64,000 nucleotides of DNA, from NCBI GenBank assembly GCA_964618725.1, contig CAZUBK010000003.1:10236-74235 (forward strand), in the 5' to 3' direction. Below, one piece after another: positions 9,387 through 19,183 of this stretch. The stretch is from an uncultured Pseudomonadales bacterium (GTDB lineage Bacteria; Patescibacteriota; Microgenomatia; UBA1400; Chazhemtobacteraceae). Within the stretch, counting starts at the first letter, position 1. Each line of letters opens with the position of its first letter. The position numbers were made by a program, and so were the translations under genes. The notes under the pieces were generated by a model. The model had not been told where the DNA came from, searched no databases, and saw only the letters and a list, made by a program, of their open reading frames with translations.

Positions 9387-10457
9387 ATGTTTAGAACTAA
9401 AAAGATTACTGATAACACCAAATATCTTGGCCTGGATGTCTTCGACCAACTAACCGATATCAAAAAACTTCTTGGTACGCCTACCGGTCTTGTTCACTTT
9501 CTTGTCAAGAACAAAGGCATTGTCAAAGCCAGCTTCAACACCTTCAAAAACAAGGATAAATACGAAATCTTCAATCTAGCCCTGCAAGTTGATTCACTTA
9601 CTCACCTTCCTTCACTCGCCAATTTACTAGGCGTTGACTGGTCTGGTGAGATCGTTCTCTCGGCTACTTATGTTAATTACAACGAAGTTCCTCTCGTTCT
9701 TCAAACAGGCAAGCCTGGCGATCTCTTCGTTAATCAACAACCCATCTATCCCCACTCCGATCCTATACTAATCGGAGCCGTCACGGAAATCCTTACGGAA
9801 GCCAAGCGCATCAGAATCACACCTAAAGAACTTGCTAAACAAGAACAGTCCAAAGTCATTCCGACTAACGAGTTACTGAAACTTCTAAGTAAAAGAAACA
9901 ATCAACGTCAATCGAAAATCGACAAAATGATTGACAAAGCCCTCCATGAACTCAATCGCTCCGGCGCCATTGTCCTCTTTTTCGCGCTTCAAGAAAGTCT
10001 AGGTGGAAATGTCAGTCTCACTCTCACCGGTTGTGCCTGGCGTGGTGGTGGACTCCCCTTCGATCATCTCCCTCCTTTCCAATTAACACCAAACGCGGCA
10101 CCTAAAAAATACATCGATTGGTTAGAAAACGTCAAAAAGCATCTTTCAACAACCGATGATTGGAGCTGGGACGAGATTGCGCTACTCTACGATCATTCTG
10201 AATTAGGCTGTCTTCGTTTTGGCTGTCGATTGAACTTTTCCTACTCCGTCCGATACTTTAGAGAACTTAAGAGTGAGGCCAACACTTTGATAGACGAGGG
10301 CAGCTACAAATATTTCGCCTCCCGTCTCTTTGATATGACTGACTTGATTATGCATATCTCCGCCAAACTTCCAAGCGACGTCACTAAATCCTGGGAAAGA
10401 GTCTTTTCAAAAGCATCTACAAATACAATCGAACCCCCTAAGTTTCTGAACCGCTAA
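9387..10457 (+). CDS. Hypothetical protein, member B of the 3-copy paralog family (356 aa)
   Basis: Start moved to the ATG at 9387, preceded by AGGAGG. Homologous to 7281..8387 along its full length. Same promoter motif at 9339..9360. Confidence 0.6.
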   Translation: MFRTKKITDNTKYLGLDVFDQLTDIKKLLGTPTGLVHFLVKNKGIVKASFNTFKNKDKYEIFNLALQVDSLTHLPSLANLLGVDWSGEIVLSATYVNYNEVPLVLQTGKPGDLFVNQQPIYPHSDPILIGAVTEILTEAKRIRITPKELAKQEQSKVIPTNELLKLLSKRNNQRQSKIDKMIDKALHELNRSGAIVLFFALQESLGGNVSLTLTGCAWRGGGLPFDHLPPFQLTPNAAPKKYIDWLENVKKHLSTTDDWSWDEIALLYDHSELGCLRFGCRLNFSYSVRYFRELKSEANTLIDEGSYKYFASRLFDMTDLIMHISAKLPSDVTKSWERVFSKASTNTIEPPKFLNR

Positions 10458-10461
10458 CCAT

Positions 10462-10487
10462 AAGCCACCCACGGGTGGCTTTTCTTC
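10462..10487 (+). terminator. Terminator AAGCCACC-CACG-GGTGGCTT + TTCTTC
   Basis: After paralog B. Convergent with 10487..11851. Confidence 0.5.
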
Positions 10488-11851
10488 TACACTCCTGGTA
10501 CCATTTTCACTTTCTCTACACTCTTACTTCCCGCCCTCCAAGCATCCGCCCTCGTTTTCATGAGTTTTGGATTCACCAAAAAGCCTTTTAGATCTCTTCT
10601 GCCAATGATCATTCTAAAGCGCAGTCCATGTCGTTTGGCCACATTTACCTTTGCCTTTATCTTCTTTCCTCGCATCTTGAAGTCTACCTCGATGATTCTT
10701 CGTACATCCTTCCCCAACGCCGACTTGTAGGCCTGTTCCCACAGAACATGCTCTGGTTTAAGTAATCCCAGTTCTTCCGCCACGTCTTTATCAATACTCG
10801 TACTCCTCGCCCCCGTATCTATCTTCGTGTCTACCAGTATTCTTCTGCCTTTATGCGGCTTGATTGCCACCGTCTCATACACCCCGATCACTTGCTTCTC
10901 GCCTCCCACTGGTCCCACCTTCTTGGCAAACTTGGCCGCAAACAACGCCCTCGCTACCCTCACTCCCTTTTCAATCGAATCAATCTCCAATCCCTCCACT
11001 CGCTCTAATCGCTTCTTTAGCCCCGCCATATTAGCGATCTGAATTTGGAGCCCTGGCTGGTCATTAATCTCAATCACCACCGGCCCCTCCTCCTTGTCTA
11101 TCAAAATATCCACCCCAAAGTAGGCCAACCCCGGCCGCTTGAATTGTATTTTCACCGCTATCTCCAATGCTTTCTGCCAAAAAGGAATTACTATCCCGTT
11201 TACCTTCATCGTCGTCCCCGGGAAGTACTTAATCGACTGACCATGCCAGACGCCAGAAGTCGTAATTCCAGTCGCCATGTCAATCCCAAGCCCAATCGCC
11301 CCCTGGTGCAAATTACTTTTCCCCCTACTCTCCGCTGTCGGTACTCTAAGCATCGCCATCACTGGCACTTTGTTAAACACAATCACTCGTACATCTGGCG
11401 TCCCTCCTACTGCAAACTTCAAAAACTTAGGGTGAATCTTCACCCGTTCCTCAATTAATGCTTTGTCCACCAAATTATTTCGGCTGAATCTACCTTCAAT
11501 GATATCTCGTGCCTGATATCTCAAGTCCTCCACGGTTATCTTTCTTCCATCCATCAGTAACCACTCCCCTTCTTTTTTGGCTGGTTTCTTCACCACCATT
11601 ATTCCTTCCCCTCCCAAGCCTTCGACTGGTTTAATCACAAACCCCACCTGTAGTGACGCCCAGGCGAATTCCTCAATCTCCACTACTGTCCTAAGTAGCC
11701 CCTGCACTCTTGGTGTCGGAATCTTGTACTTCAACAAGAACTCCTTAGTCAACATCTTTGAATCGGCGATTTTCCGCGAACCCCTCTTGTTCAACCGTAA
11801 GTAATAGTGGCTCCTGGCATTAATCCCCAAAATATCTGATACCTTGGCCAT
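10487..11851 (-). CDS. RimK-like ATP-grasp ligase fused to C-terminal DUF785 retropepsin-like (putative ATP-dependent zinc protease) domain
   Basis: N-terminal ATP-grasp with VVIEINDQPGL (ExN). C-terminal ~130 aa with aspartic-protease-like D-T-G-A (ILVDTKIDTGARS). DUF785 is known to associate with RimK-family ligases. Confidence 0.65.
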   Translation of the reverse strand: MAKVSDILGINARSHYYLRLNKRGSRKIADSKMLTKEFLLKYKIPTPRVQGLLRTVVEIEEFAWASLQVGFVIKPVEGLGGEGIMVVKKPAKKEGEWLLMDGRKITVEDLRYQARDIIEGRFSRNNLVDKALIEERVKIHPKFLKFAVGGTPDVRVIVFNKVPVMAMLRVPTAESRGKSNLHQGAIGLGIDMATGITTSGVWHGQSIKYFPGTTMKVNGIVIPFWQKALEIAVKIQFKRPGLAYFGVDILIDKEEGPVVIEINDQPGLQIQIANMAGLKKRLERVEGLEIDSIEKGVRVARALFAAKFAKKVGPVGGEKQVIGVYETVAIKPHKGRRILVDTKIDTGARSTSIDKDVAEELGLLKPEHVLWEQAYKSALGKDVRRIIEVDFKMRGKKIKAKVNVAKRHGLRFRMIIGRRDLKGFLVNPKLMKTRADAWRAGSKSVEKVKMVPGV

Positions 11852-12762
11852 TAACTTTTCAGTAATTTCCTAAACCGATACCTCTCAAGCAATCTAAGCC
11901 CTGTATATCGCCCAATCAGGATGTTAATCCCCGCCACCAAAAGAATCGACAACTCCGGATTCAGTAGTACCCATTCCTGAAGTACCTGAGTACTCAACAC
12001 CAAGAAACTCACCAAAGCCAAGACAAATGTCTCAAACGTCATTTGTAAGGCCGCTCTAAAGCTCTGGGTTACCTGAACATCAATGAATGTCTCTGCCAAC
12101 AACACCAACAGGACAATCGGGAAGATCCCCACCGTCATTAATGTCCTCAGTCCCAACCAAGGGGAAGCCAGAACCAACCCTAGCACACCCAAAGACACAA
12201 ACCACAAAAGCAATGCCATTCTCGGTAGTGACGGGATGTGTAGTTTTCTCATCACCACCCTCCCTACCGTCGCCATCAGCATAATCACTACGAACAATAG
12301 AATCCCTACCGTCACCCCTGTCGCCAAAAAAGCTACTGATATCACCGCCGGAGTAAATATTCCAAAACCCTGCAATCCCACAATATGTCGCCCTCCGGCA
12401 ATCAATGCTGCCACCAGTGGAAACAAAATCAAAAGCACCACCGTATTTGGCGGTACTCCTCTGCTAGCTGCCTCTCTTATTGCCAGTTTCAGAAAATTTA
12501 TCACCACTGGGCCTTCGACTGGATTTTCATCCAGCAATTTCTCTAGCCGACTCTTTGAGTTCTCCGGTTGAGTCAAATCAGATTTTGGTTGTTCCGTCAC
12601 CAATTGAAATAGGCTACTTTCAGTCGCTATTTTTGCTTCTTCAGTTGCCTCTTGAATTGGCGTAACCTTCACAGAACCCGACCTCGTCGCCGTTTTACTC
12701 TGTGCCGACGCCGAACCTCCCAAAAAGAGCAATAAACCAAGACTAATCAATAGTTTCTTCAT
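11851..12762 (-). CDS. Signal-peptide membrane protein with ~7 TM helices (7TM partner of ATP-grasp/DUF785 systems)
   Basis: Cleavable signal (LGGSASAQS), ~100-aa extracytoplasmic region, then 6-7 hydrophobic helices. Its stop overlaps the ligase start, so the two are probably co-transcribed. Confidence 0.45.
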   Translation of the reverse strand: MKKLLISLGLLLFLGGSASAQSKTATRSGSVKVTPIQEATEEAKIATESSLFQLVTEQPKSDLTQPENSKSRLEKLLDENPVEGPVVINFLKLAIREAASRGVPPNTVVLLILFPLVAALIAGGRHIVGLQGFGIFTPAVISVAFLATGVTVGILLFVVIMLMATVGRVVMRKLHIPSLPRMALLLWFVSLGVLGLVLASPWLGLRTLMTVGIFPIVLLVLLAETFIDVQVTQSFRAALQMTFETFVLALVSFLVLSTQVLQEWVLLNPELSILLVAGINILIGRYTGLRLLERYRFRKLLKS

Positions 12763-12916
12763 ATGTGTATTTTACCAACCAAGAGAAATAAACGATAGTA
12801 ACCGCGCTATCGATTGATCAATCACCTTTTCGTTATCCTGGTTGACTTATAGTCACTACTCTAGGTATAATTAGTCAACTCGCTCTTTTTCATTCTCAGT
12901 CACAAAGGAGATTGTA

Positions 12917-14272
12917 GTGACCAAGAATCATCCTGCCGGAATCTTGACCCATATCAGCTTAATTATTATCTTGATTGCCATCACCATAATAGGTGGCCTC
13001 GACTGGTTAGCTCTACTTGGTAATCTCGGTCAGTTCTTTACCGGCCATATTACTTTAGTAGCTGACGGATCACTTGAGTCATTCAATAATATCATCCTAA
13101 ACGGTATTGGCCTCATTCTTATCATCTATATGGTTGCCACTGCTTCGGGCATTCTCATCTCTTCTCGCCTCGAAGCCAAGTCTTACGATCACCAAGCACT
13201 CGACGCAATTCTATCCGACGGCTCTCACCGCCTTTTCAAAGGTGTTTTACTCGAGGAACTCCTCGCCCGTTACCTTTTTCTCGGGCTGATCGCCCCTATC
13301 TTCCATAGCTCCGCCATAACCATCTTCCTCATCCTAATTGGCAACTCCCTTTTTGCCGCCGTCCATTTGTTCAATTACAAAGACAAGAAGGAAAGAAACT
13401 TAAGTTTAGTCGCTTCTCAGTTTCTCTCCGGCTTACTCCTTTCCTATATCTTCCTCCGCTACGGACTAGTCATCACTTTCATCATCCACTTTTTCTTCGA
13501 TGTTCTCCTTATGAGCACGCTCAAGAAACAGCCGCTTGACCGCCGACATTTCAATCTTCTCGCCTACAATCTTGCCGGCCTGCTCTTGACCATTGCCATT
13601 CTAGTGATCACGGGGACCAAGATCGCCTCTCTACCTGCGGTGTTTACCGCCATTCTGGAAACAGGCACTACCACTCTCACCTTTCCAACCATTCTTCTTC
13701 TCATCTTGGGAAGCAACTTCCTGCTTGGAGCAGCTTCAAAACTCCTCCTCTTCGACTATGGCTTGGGGAAACCTGCAAGTATCAGTAAATCTTTCGCCTT
13801 CTATACCCTCATCATCTTTAGCTTCGGTATCTTTGGCGCCCTGCAGCTTCTAGGCAGTCTTTCCCTCATCCTTTCGATTCTCCTCACCGTTCCGGCGCTA
13901 CTATTCGTCGGTATCAGCGCCACATACCTAATGAAGATTGATAGCGACATTCTTGGCAACGGCTACATGGCCATTCTCTTGACTATAGTTCTCTCCGGAA
14001 TTAGCTATCTCGCTTCACTGTATGTCCCCTCACTCCCCCTTCAGGCAGCACTTGTTGGCATCATCTATACTAGCCTCAGTTACTCAATTAGTGGCTCCGA
14101 GCTAGCCAGTGACTGGCTTATTGGTCTACCAACCTTCTTCCTCGCCCTCGTCGCCTACAATACCTTCGGCTTCTGGTCCATGGCATTACTCTTGATGTGC
14201 TACCTTACTATCAATATTATCCCCAAACACATCAAAGATGCGGCACCAAAGCCTTTACTCACTACCTCTTAA
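12917..14272 (+). CDS. CPBP family intramembrane metalloprotease (CAAX protease-like), extended multi-TM form
   Basis: EELLARY (EExxxR), FAAVH (FxxxH) and HFFFD motifs. More than 10 TM segments. Confidence 0.6.
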   Translation: MTKNHPAGILTHISLIIILIAITIIGGLDWLALLGNLGQFFTGHITLVADGSLESFNNIILNGIGLILIIYMVATASGILISSRLEAKSYDHQALDAILSDGSHRLFKGVLLEELLARYLFLGLIAPIFHSSAITIFLILIGNSLFAAVHLFNYKDKKERNLSLVASQFLSGLLLSYIFLRYGLVITFIIHFFFDVLLMSTLKKQPLDRRHFNLLAYNLAGLLLTIAILVITGTKIASLPAVFTAILETGTTTLTFPTILLLILGSNFLLGAASKLLLFDYGLGKPASISKSFAFYTLIIFSFGIFGALQLLGSLSLILSILLTVPALLFVGISATYLMKIDSDILGNGYMAILLTIVLSGISYLASLYVPSLPLQAALVGIIYTSLSYSISGSELASDWLIGLPTFFLALVAYNTFGFWSMALLLMCYLTINIIPKHIKDAAPKPLLTTS

Positions 14273-14305
14273 TTTCTTACAGGGGCCGGTCCAACCGGTC
14301 CCTTT

Positions 14306-15037
14306 TCATTTTTTTGTATCCCCGCCAAACCGTCTATCTCTCTTCTTCAATTCATCGATTGCCCGGTCAAACTCCTCAATCGTAAAATCCGGGAAAAGTG
14401 TATTTGTAAAATACAACTCCGCATAGACCGCCTGCCAAGGTAAGTACCCGCTCAACCTCTGCTCCCCCCCTGTTCGAATTATCATGTCTGGATCAGGAAT
14501 ACCATCCGTATCTAACATTGATGAAAAAAGCTCCTCCGTCACCTCAGCCGACGTCGCCCCACTCTCCATTATCTTTCTCACTGCTCTCAATATCTCGTCT
14601 CTTCCTCCATAGTTAAGTGCGAAGGTCACCGTTATCACATTATTCTTCTTTGAGTTCGTTATCGTTTCCATTGCCTTCTCTGCAATATCTTTCGGAAATC
14701 TTTGTATATCTCCAAGCAAACGCATCCGGGCTCCCTTAGCTATCAACTCTCCAGCCAAGGTTCTCAGGCCTTTTCTAAAAATATTAAACAGTGCTTTTAT
14801 CTCCTGCTCATCCCTTTTCCAGTTCTCTGTCGAAAACGCCCAAAACGTCACATACGGGATCTTTAAGTCAACACATCGTTCCACAATCGGTTTAATCACC
14901 TTCATCGCCGCATAGTCATGACCCTCTTCCGGCTTAAGACCTCGTTTCTTCGCCCAACGGCGATTCCCATCCATAATGATCGCCACATGTTTAATAGCAG
15001 ATTCCATAAACAGCATTTTATAACAAGACTGTAGCAC
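14306..15037 (-). CDS. uppS: Undecaprenyl diphosphate synthase (isoprenyl transferase)
   Basis: HVAIIMDGNRRWA signature. Length 243 aa. Confidence 0.85.
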   Translation of the reverse strand: MLQSCYKMLFMESAIKHVAIIMDGNRRWAKKRGLKPEEGHDYAAMKVIKPIVERCVDLKIPYVTFWAFSTENWKRDEQEIKALFNIFRKGLRTLAGELIAKGARMRLLGDIQRFPKDIAEKAMETITNSKKNNVITVTFALNYGGRDEILRAVRKIMESGATSAEVTEELFSSMLDTDGIPDPDMIIRTGGEQRLSGYLPWQAVYAELYFTNTLFPDFTIEEFDRAIDELKKRDRRFGGDTKK

Positions 15038-15066
15038 TACGCTACTTCAGGCGCCCTAACCAATTC

Positions 15067-15816
15067 TTACCCCTCAAACATTTTGTCATGCATCTCCCAG
15101 AACTTGCCCTGCTCCCCAGCACATTCAGACGCTTCCGCCGCTTTTTGCGCATTAGGATGGAATGAAAGTGGATAGTGGCGATACTCAAGACTCACTTTGT
15201 CTCCATATTTGGCCATCACTGCCACTACTGTTGGATTTGCTCTCTCACAAAACGGGCACTCAAAATCAGAGAACTCCACAATTTTAATTACTGCATCCGC
15301 ATTACCTCGAATATACCCCACTCCCGTCTTAATTTGCTTTCTCCCTTCAGCCGCACTCGTTGCCTTGTCTCCTGTCCCATCTTTGAGTTCTGCGTCAATC
15401 ACTTTCTCAAACTCGCTTTGGGGCTGCGCTCCCACCAACATCACTCCATTAATGAAGAATGTCGGCGTCCCCGACACCCCCATATCCGATCCGTAGTCGG
15501 TGTCATCGACAATCTTTTCTTTGTATTTGTCACTATCTAAACAACTCGAAAAACTACCTTCATCCAACCCAATCGCCGCCGCCATCACTTTTAGTCCCGC
15601 GATCGTCAAATCTCTTGTTTTAGCCCCTTGAACTTGAGGTGGAACATTGCCTGTCTCAGTCTCTGTCTTAACTTGAGCTACTGTCTCAGCTCCCTTTACC
15701 CCTTTAAGATATTCCACTTGGGCTGACAACCTCCCCACAAAAAACGCTCCCGCCACGATCCCCAAAATCAAGATCGGTAACAACCATTCCTTGCTTTGTT
15801 GCTTCTCTTCTGCCAT
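15067..15816 (-). CDS. DsbA-like thioredoxin-fold oxidoreductase, membrane-anchored
   Basis: N-terminal TM helix. CPFC active-site motif in FSDFECPFCERANP. Confidence 0.7.
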   Translation of the reverse strand: MAEEKQQSKEWLLPILILGIVAGAFFVGRLSAQVEYLKGVKGAETVAQVKTETETGNVPPQVQGAKTRDLTIAGLKVMAAAIGLDEGSFSSCLDSDKYKEKIVDDTDYGSDMGVSGTPTFFINGVMLVGAQPQSEFEKVIDAELKDGTGDKATSAAEGRKQIKTGVGYIRGNADAVIKIVEFSDFECPFCERANPTVVAVMAKYGDKVSLEYRHYPLSFHPNAQKAAEASECAGEQGKFWEMHDKMFEG

Positions 15817-15884
15817 ATCCGAATATGTTACAAAGGAGCTTTCCGCAAATCAACCCCCAAAAAGATCAAAGACTCAAATTCTAC

Positions 15885-16244
15885 TCACCAATAACCAACC
15901 TCATCTCCCTGGCTAGTTTCATTGTCTTCCGCAAACATTTCTAGAATTTTCTCTAGCCTGGTCACCAATTCCCTCCAGATCTTCTCCTTGTGTACCCCAC
16001 CTGTTACTGACGAATACTGCCGCAAGATCTCGTCGGCAGAGAGTTTTCCCAAACTCTGACCAAATGTTTCACTTGATATATACCAACTTCCGTCTTTGAG
16101 TAAAGCCAATCCACCCCGTTCATCTTTGTTTGGCACCACCATGATCCCGGTGAACCTATTTTTCTCCAAACACGTCACGATCTCCTGCTGCAAACCATCA
16201 ACCAACCCCTCCCAATCCGTCCGGCTTGCCTTCTCTGTCTCCAT
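15885..16244 (-). CDS. Hypothetical cytoplasmic protein (119 aa)
   Basis: ORF only. Confidence 0.35.
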   Translation of the reverse strand: METEKASRTDWEGLVDGLQQEIVTCLEKNRFTGIMVVPNKDERGGLALLKDGSWYISSETFGQSLGKLSADEILRQYSSVTGGVHKEKIWRELVTRLEKILEMFAEDNETSQGDEVGYW

Positions 16245-16322
16245 AGTGTCAGTCTAACACAACAGATCCACCGTCAAGATATGTAAAAGTCCGGCGCTAA
16301 CCGGACTAACAATCGTTCATTT

Positions 16323-16979
16323 CTAAGGAATCGGATCCCCCAGAGTTCGATGCTGTTTTATAATTACCGTGTAGGTACGATTTGGCTCTAACACCCCCGG
16401 CAATTCACCACCACCCACGTAATCAATTACTTGTTTCACTCCTTCGCGATAAAAAGTACTGAAGTTATCATCAACCGAGAAAGATATCTCATTCTTCCTG
16501 ATCGTCATACTTAAATCATTCGCCCGGCAAACCAAGGCACCCTCTAACCCACTCAACATGTCACAATATTCCAGGCCCATTTTGATAGTCAAAGAAGATT
16601 CTGGCAACTCTAGGCAACTAAAAAATGACAAATGGATTTCACAGCCACCTAAATCTTGAGATCGTTCTGGCACAAAACTGAACAACATCACATCAGGATG
16701 ATTTATCCTTCTAAGACTGCCTTCCCAAACACCATCACTTTCTAAGGAATCGTAGTAAGTCGCTTGAACTAGTTCTCCTGCAGGCAATCCCTCCAACCAT
16801 TCATCTGGCGCCTCAACATATTCATAGTGCACAAACACATTCACCGGTTCAATAGTTGCTGTTGGGGTTATCTCTGGAGTAGCCGTAGTCCCAACTACAG
16901 TACCAACCTCACCAGAAGAGCAAGCTACCAAAGACAACATCGACAAACATAAAAACAACCAACACAACTTAGTTTTCAA
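16323..16979 (-). CDS. Hypothetical lipoprotein (218 aa)
   Basis: Signal peptide with lipobox LSLVAC|SSG. Confidence 0.45.
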   Translation of the reverse strand: MKTKLCWLFLCLSMLSLVACSSGEVGTVVGTTATPEITPTATIEPVNVFVHYEYVEAPDEWLEGLPAGELVQATYYDSLESDGVWEGSLRRINHPDVMLFSFVPERSQDLGGCEIHLSFFSCLELPESSLTIKMGLEYCDMLSGLEGALVCRANDLSMTIRKNEISFSVDDNFSTFYREGVKQVIDYVGGGELPGVLEPNRTYTVIIKQHRTLGDPIP

Positions 16980-17083
16980 TCACTATCCTTTCTCTGAAAA
17001 ATGTTTACCAAAGAGCAACAATCTTATAAGTATATTACCTTCATCCTCCCTTCCTGTCAACTCTTTCTCCTGATACATCAATT

Positions 17084-17326
17084 TCATTTGTATACATCAT
17101 TTATCCGCTCAGATAGATCCTTTGGTCCCGTCTTTAAGGCTCCGGCAAATTTTCTCCACCCCTCCGTCCTCATAGGTTGTGTTTTCTCTTTTATAACTTT
17201 TAGAGCACCTTGGCGAATCAAATGAGAGACTTTCGTTTGATGTGTCTCTGCGATTAACCTCAAATCTCTGTACATTTCATCGGGAAGATATCTTTGCGTT
17301 CTAACCATAAAATGATTGTATGTCAT
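17084..17326 (-). CDS. Ribbon-helix-helix antitoxin-like protein, paralog of VapB at 26315..26569
   Basis: Aligns with the VapB-like protein at 26.4 kb (RTQ.Y.P.EM..DLR..A.....VS.LIR.GA.KVI ... IND.Y). No adjacent toxin. Confidence 0.5.
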   Translation of the reverse strand: MTYNHFMVRTQRYLPDEMYRDLRLIAETHQTKVSHLIRQGALKVIKEKTQPMRTEGWRKFAGALKTGPKDLSERINDVYK

Positions 17327-17379
17327 ATGTTGTCAATCCTCCCTTCTCCATGCAAAAAATCCAGCTTACATCAACTCGC

Positions 17380-18123
17380 CTACGCCCAACCCATCTTTTT
17401 TCTCATCCCAAAAATCTGATCAATTTCACCGACACTCAATCCCAGGCTCCTGAGTATCTCGCCTACTCTTTCACTTACCCTTGTCTTTTCGCTCATTACT
17501 TCTTCACCCATTTCAGCGTCCAACTCTTTGAGTCTTTTCCAGCCAGACATTAACTCATCCAAATTTCGCGCCTGTCCTTCATCTATATCTAGTGATTCAA
17601 CGAGCAAGCTCTCTTCACTCGGCTCTGTCTTCCTAACCACCTCAATTTGCTTCTTGATCCGCATCCATTCCTTGGCATCAATAGGAATTCCTCGATAACC
17701 GAAATGGCGTAGCAATCTCGTTGTCGTCCAATGAGCATTTTTCTGTAACTCCTGTAGCTGCACCAACTGATCCTCCGTTAAAGAGAGCACCCCACCAGGC
17801 AATATTTGCCTTGATAAACGATCCAAGTGATCAATTAGTTCTTCCTCTTGCCTTCTATCATACAAAAACAGATACTTTGCAATTGGTTCCCTCCGCTTCC
17901 TAGACCCCACATTTGTCTCCATGATTATCTTATTTACTCCCTCCTCCAGTTCTTCCGTATTGTAACCTCTCAATCTTGCACTTCCAAATACCCTACCTAC
18001 TTTGGCTATTCTCTCACTGCTATTTGCTTCAGACCTTGCCAAACCTGCCATCAACAGACAATACATTGCTTTCTCTCCTTCACTTTTTTCCTCTCTTCTC
18101 ATTGATTCTAGAGATTCATACAT
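17380..18123 (-). CDS. Hypothetical protein (247 aa)
   Basis: ORF only. Confidence 0.4.
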   Translation of the reverse strand: MYESLESMRREEKSEGEKAMYCLLMAGLARSEANSSERIAKVGRVFGSARLRGYNTEELEEGVNKIIMETNVGSRKRREPIAKYLFLYDRRQEEELIDHLDRLSRQILPGGVLSLTEDQLVQLQELQKNAHWTTTRLLRHFGYRGIPIDAKEWMRIKKQIEVVRKTEPSEESLLVESLDIDEGQARNLDELMSGWKRLKELDAEMGEEVMSEKTRVSERVGEILRSLGLSVGEIDQIFGMRKKMGWA

Positions 18124-18192
18124 GAATTCAAGCTATCATCATCCATCTTCCTCGTCAACACAAAATCCTAAATAAGAGTGTCGAAAACATCT

Positions 18193-19182
18193 CTACCAAC
18201 CACTTGTACTCCCCGTCAGATACTTCTCTGCGTCCAAAGCTGCCTGACACCCTTTTCCAGCTGCCGTCACCGCCTGACGATACCTGAAATCTACCACGTC
18301 TCCCGCCGCAAACACTCCCTCCACACTCGTTTGCGTCGGATATCCCTGAAGCATCTCTTTTCTTGAGTCCACTCCATCCCTCGTCTCCCGTGTCACCATA
18401 TATCCATGATCGTCCGTCTCGACGACTCCTTTTAGAAAATCACTCGCCGGCAGGTGCCCAATTGCCAAGAATAGCCCATCAGCAGCTAACCCCTGCTCTT
18501 GTCCCGTCTTACTGTCTTTGATGACAATTCCCTCCAGTTTCTGTTCTCCCTTCACCCCCACCACTTCCGTATTCCAAAGTACCGGTATCTTTTTCTCATC
18601 GATCACTCTTGCCTGCATAATCTTGCTTGCCTTCATCTCCTCTCTACCCTTGCGGTATATCAGCGTCACACTCTTGGCAAATTTGGCCAAAGACAAGGCG
18701 TCTTCCATTACCACATCTCCGCCTCCGACCACAAAAGCCGTCTTGTCCTTAAAAAATGCCGCATCACAAGTAGCACATGTACTGACTCCTCGACCAATCA
18801 ATTTATCTTCACCTACACCCAACATTCTCGACTTGGCCCCAACAGTCAAAATGACTGCTTTTGCCCTGTATTCCACTCCTCCGGCCCATATCCGCTTCTC
18901 TTCACTGCTAAAATCTACTTTCTCTACATTCTCATACACCAGTTTCGCCCCAAATCTCTCCGCTTGTGTGGTCATCTCCTGCATCAGTTCCGGTCCTAAT
19001 ATTCCTTGACTGAACCCAGGATAGTTTTCGACTTCTGTCGTCAACATCAGCTGTCCACCCGGTGTCGCTCCGGCAACAACCAGTGTCGAAAGTTGAGCCC
19101 GTGAGGTATAGATCGCCGCAGTATATCCCGCCGGTCCTCCACCAATGATGATTACGTCAAAAGTTTTTTCCTCCATAATCAA
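18193..19182 (-). CDS. trxB: Thioredoxin reductase
   Basis: FDVIIIGGGPAG FAD-binding motif. CATCD redox-active disulfide. GGGD NADPH motif. Confidence 0.85.
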   Translation of the reverse strand: MIMEEKTFDVIIIGGGPAGYTAAIYTSRAQLSTLVVAGATPGGQLMLTTEVENYPGFSQGILGPELMQEMTTQAERFGAKLVYENVEKVDFSSEEKRIWAGGVEYRAKAVILTVGAKSRMLGVGEDKLIGRGVSTCATCDAAFFKDKTAFVVGGGDVVMEDALSLAKFAKSVTLIYRKGREEMKASKIMQARVIDEKKIPVLWNTEVVGVKGEQKLEGIVIKDSKTGQEQGLAADGLFLAIGHLPASDFLKGVVETDDHGYMVTRETRDGVDSRKEMLQGYPTQTSVEGVFAAGDVVDFRYRQAVTAAGKGCQAALDAEKYLTGSTSGW

Positions 19183-19183
19183 T

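Noticed and set aside
10487-11851. Calling the ATP-grasp/DUF785 protein a cyanophycin synthetase or glutathione synthetase
   Set aside because: It has a single ATP-grasp module with no Mur-ligase domain, and the retropepsin-like C-terminus matches the RimK-associated DUF785 architecture instead.
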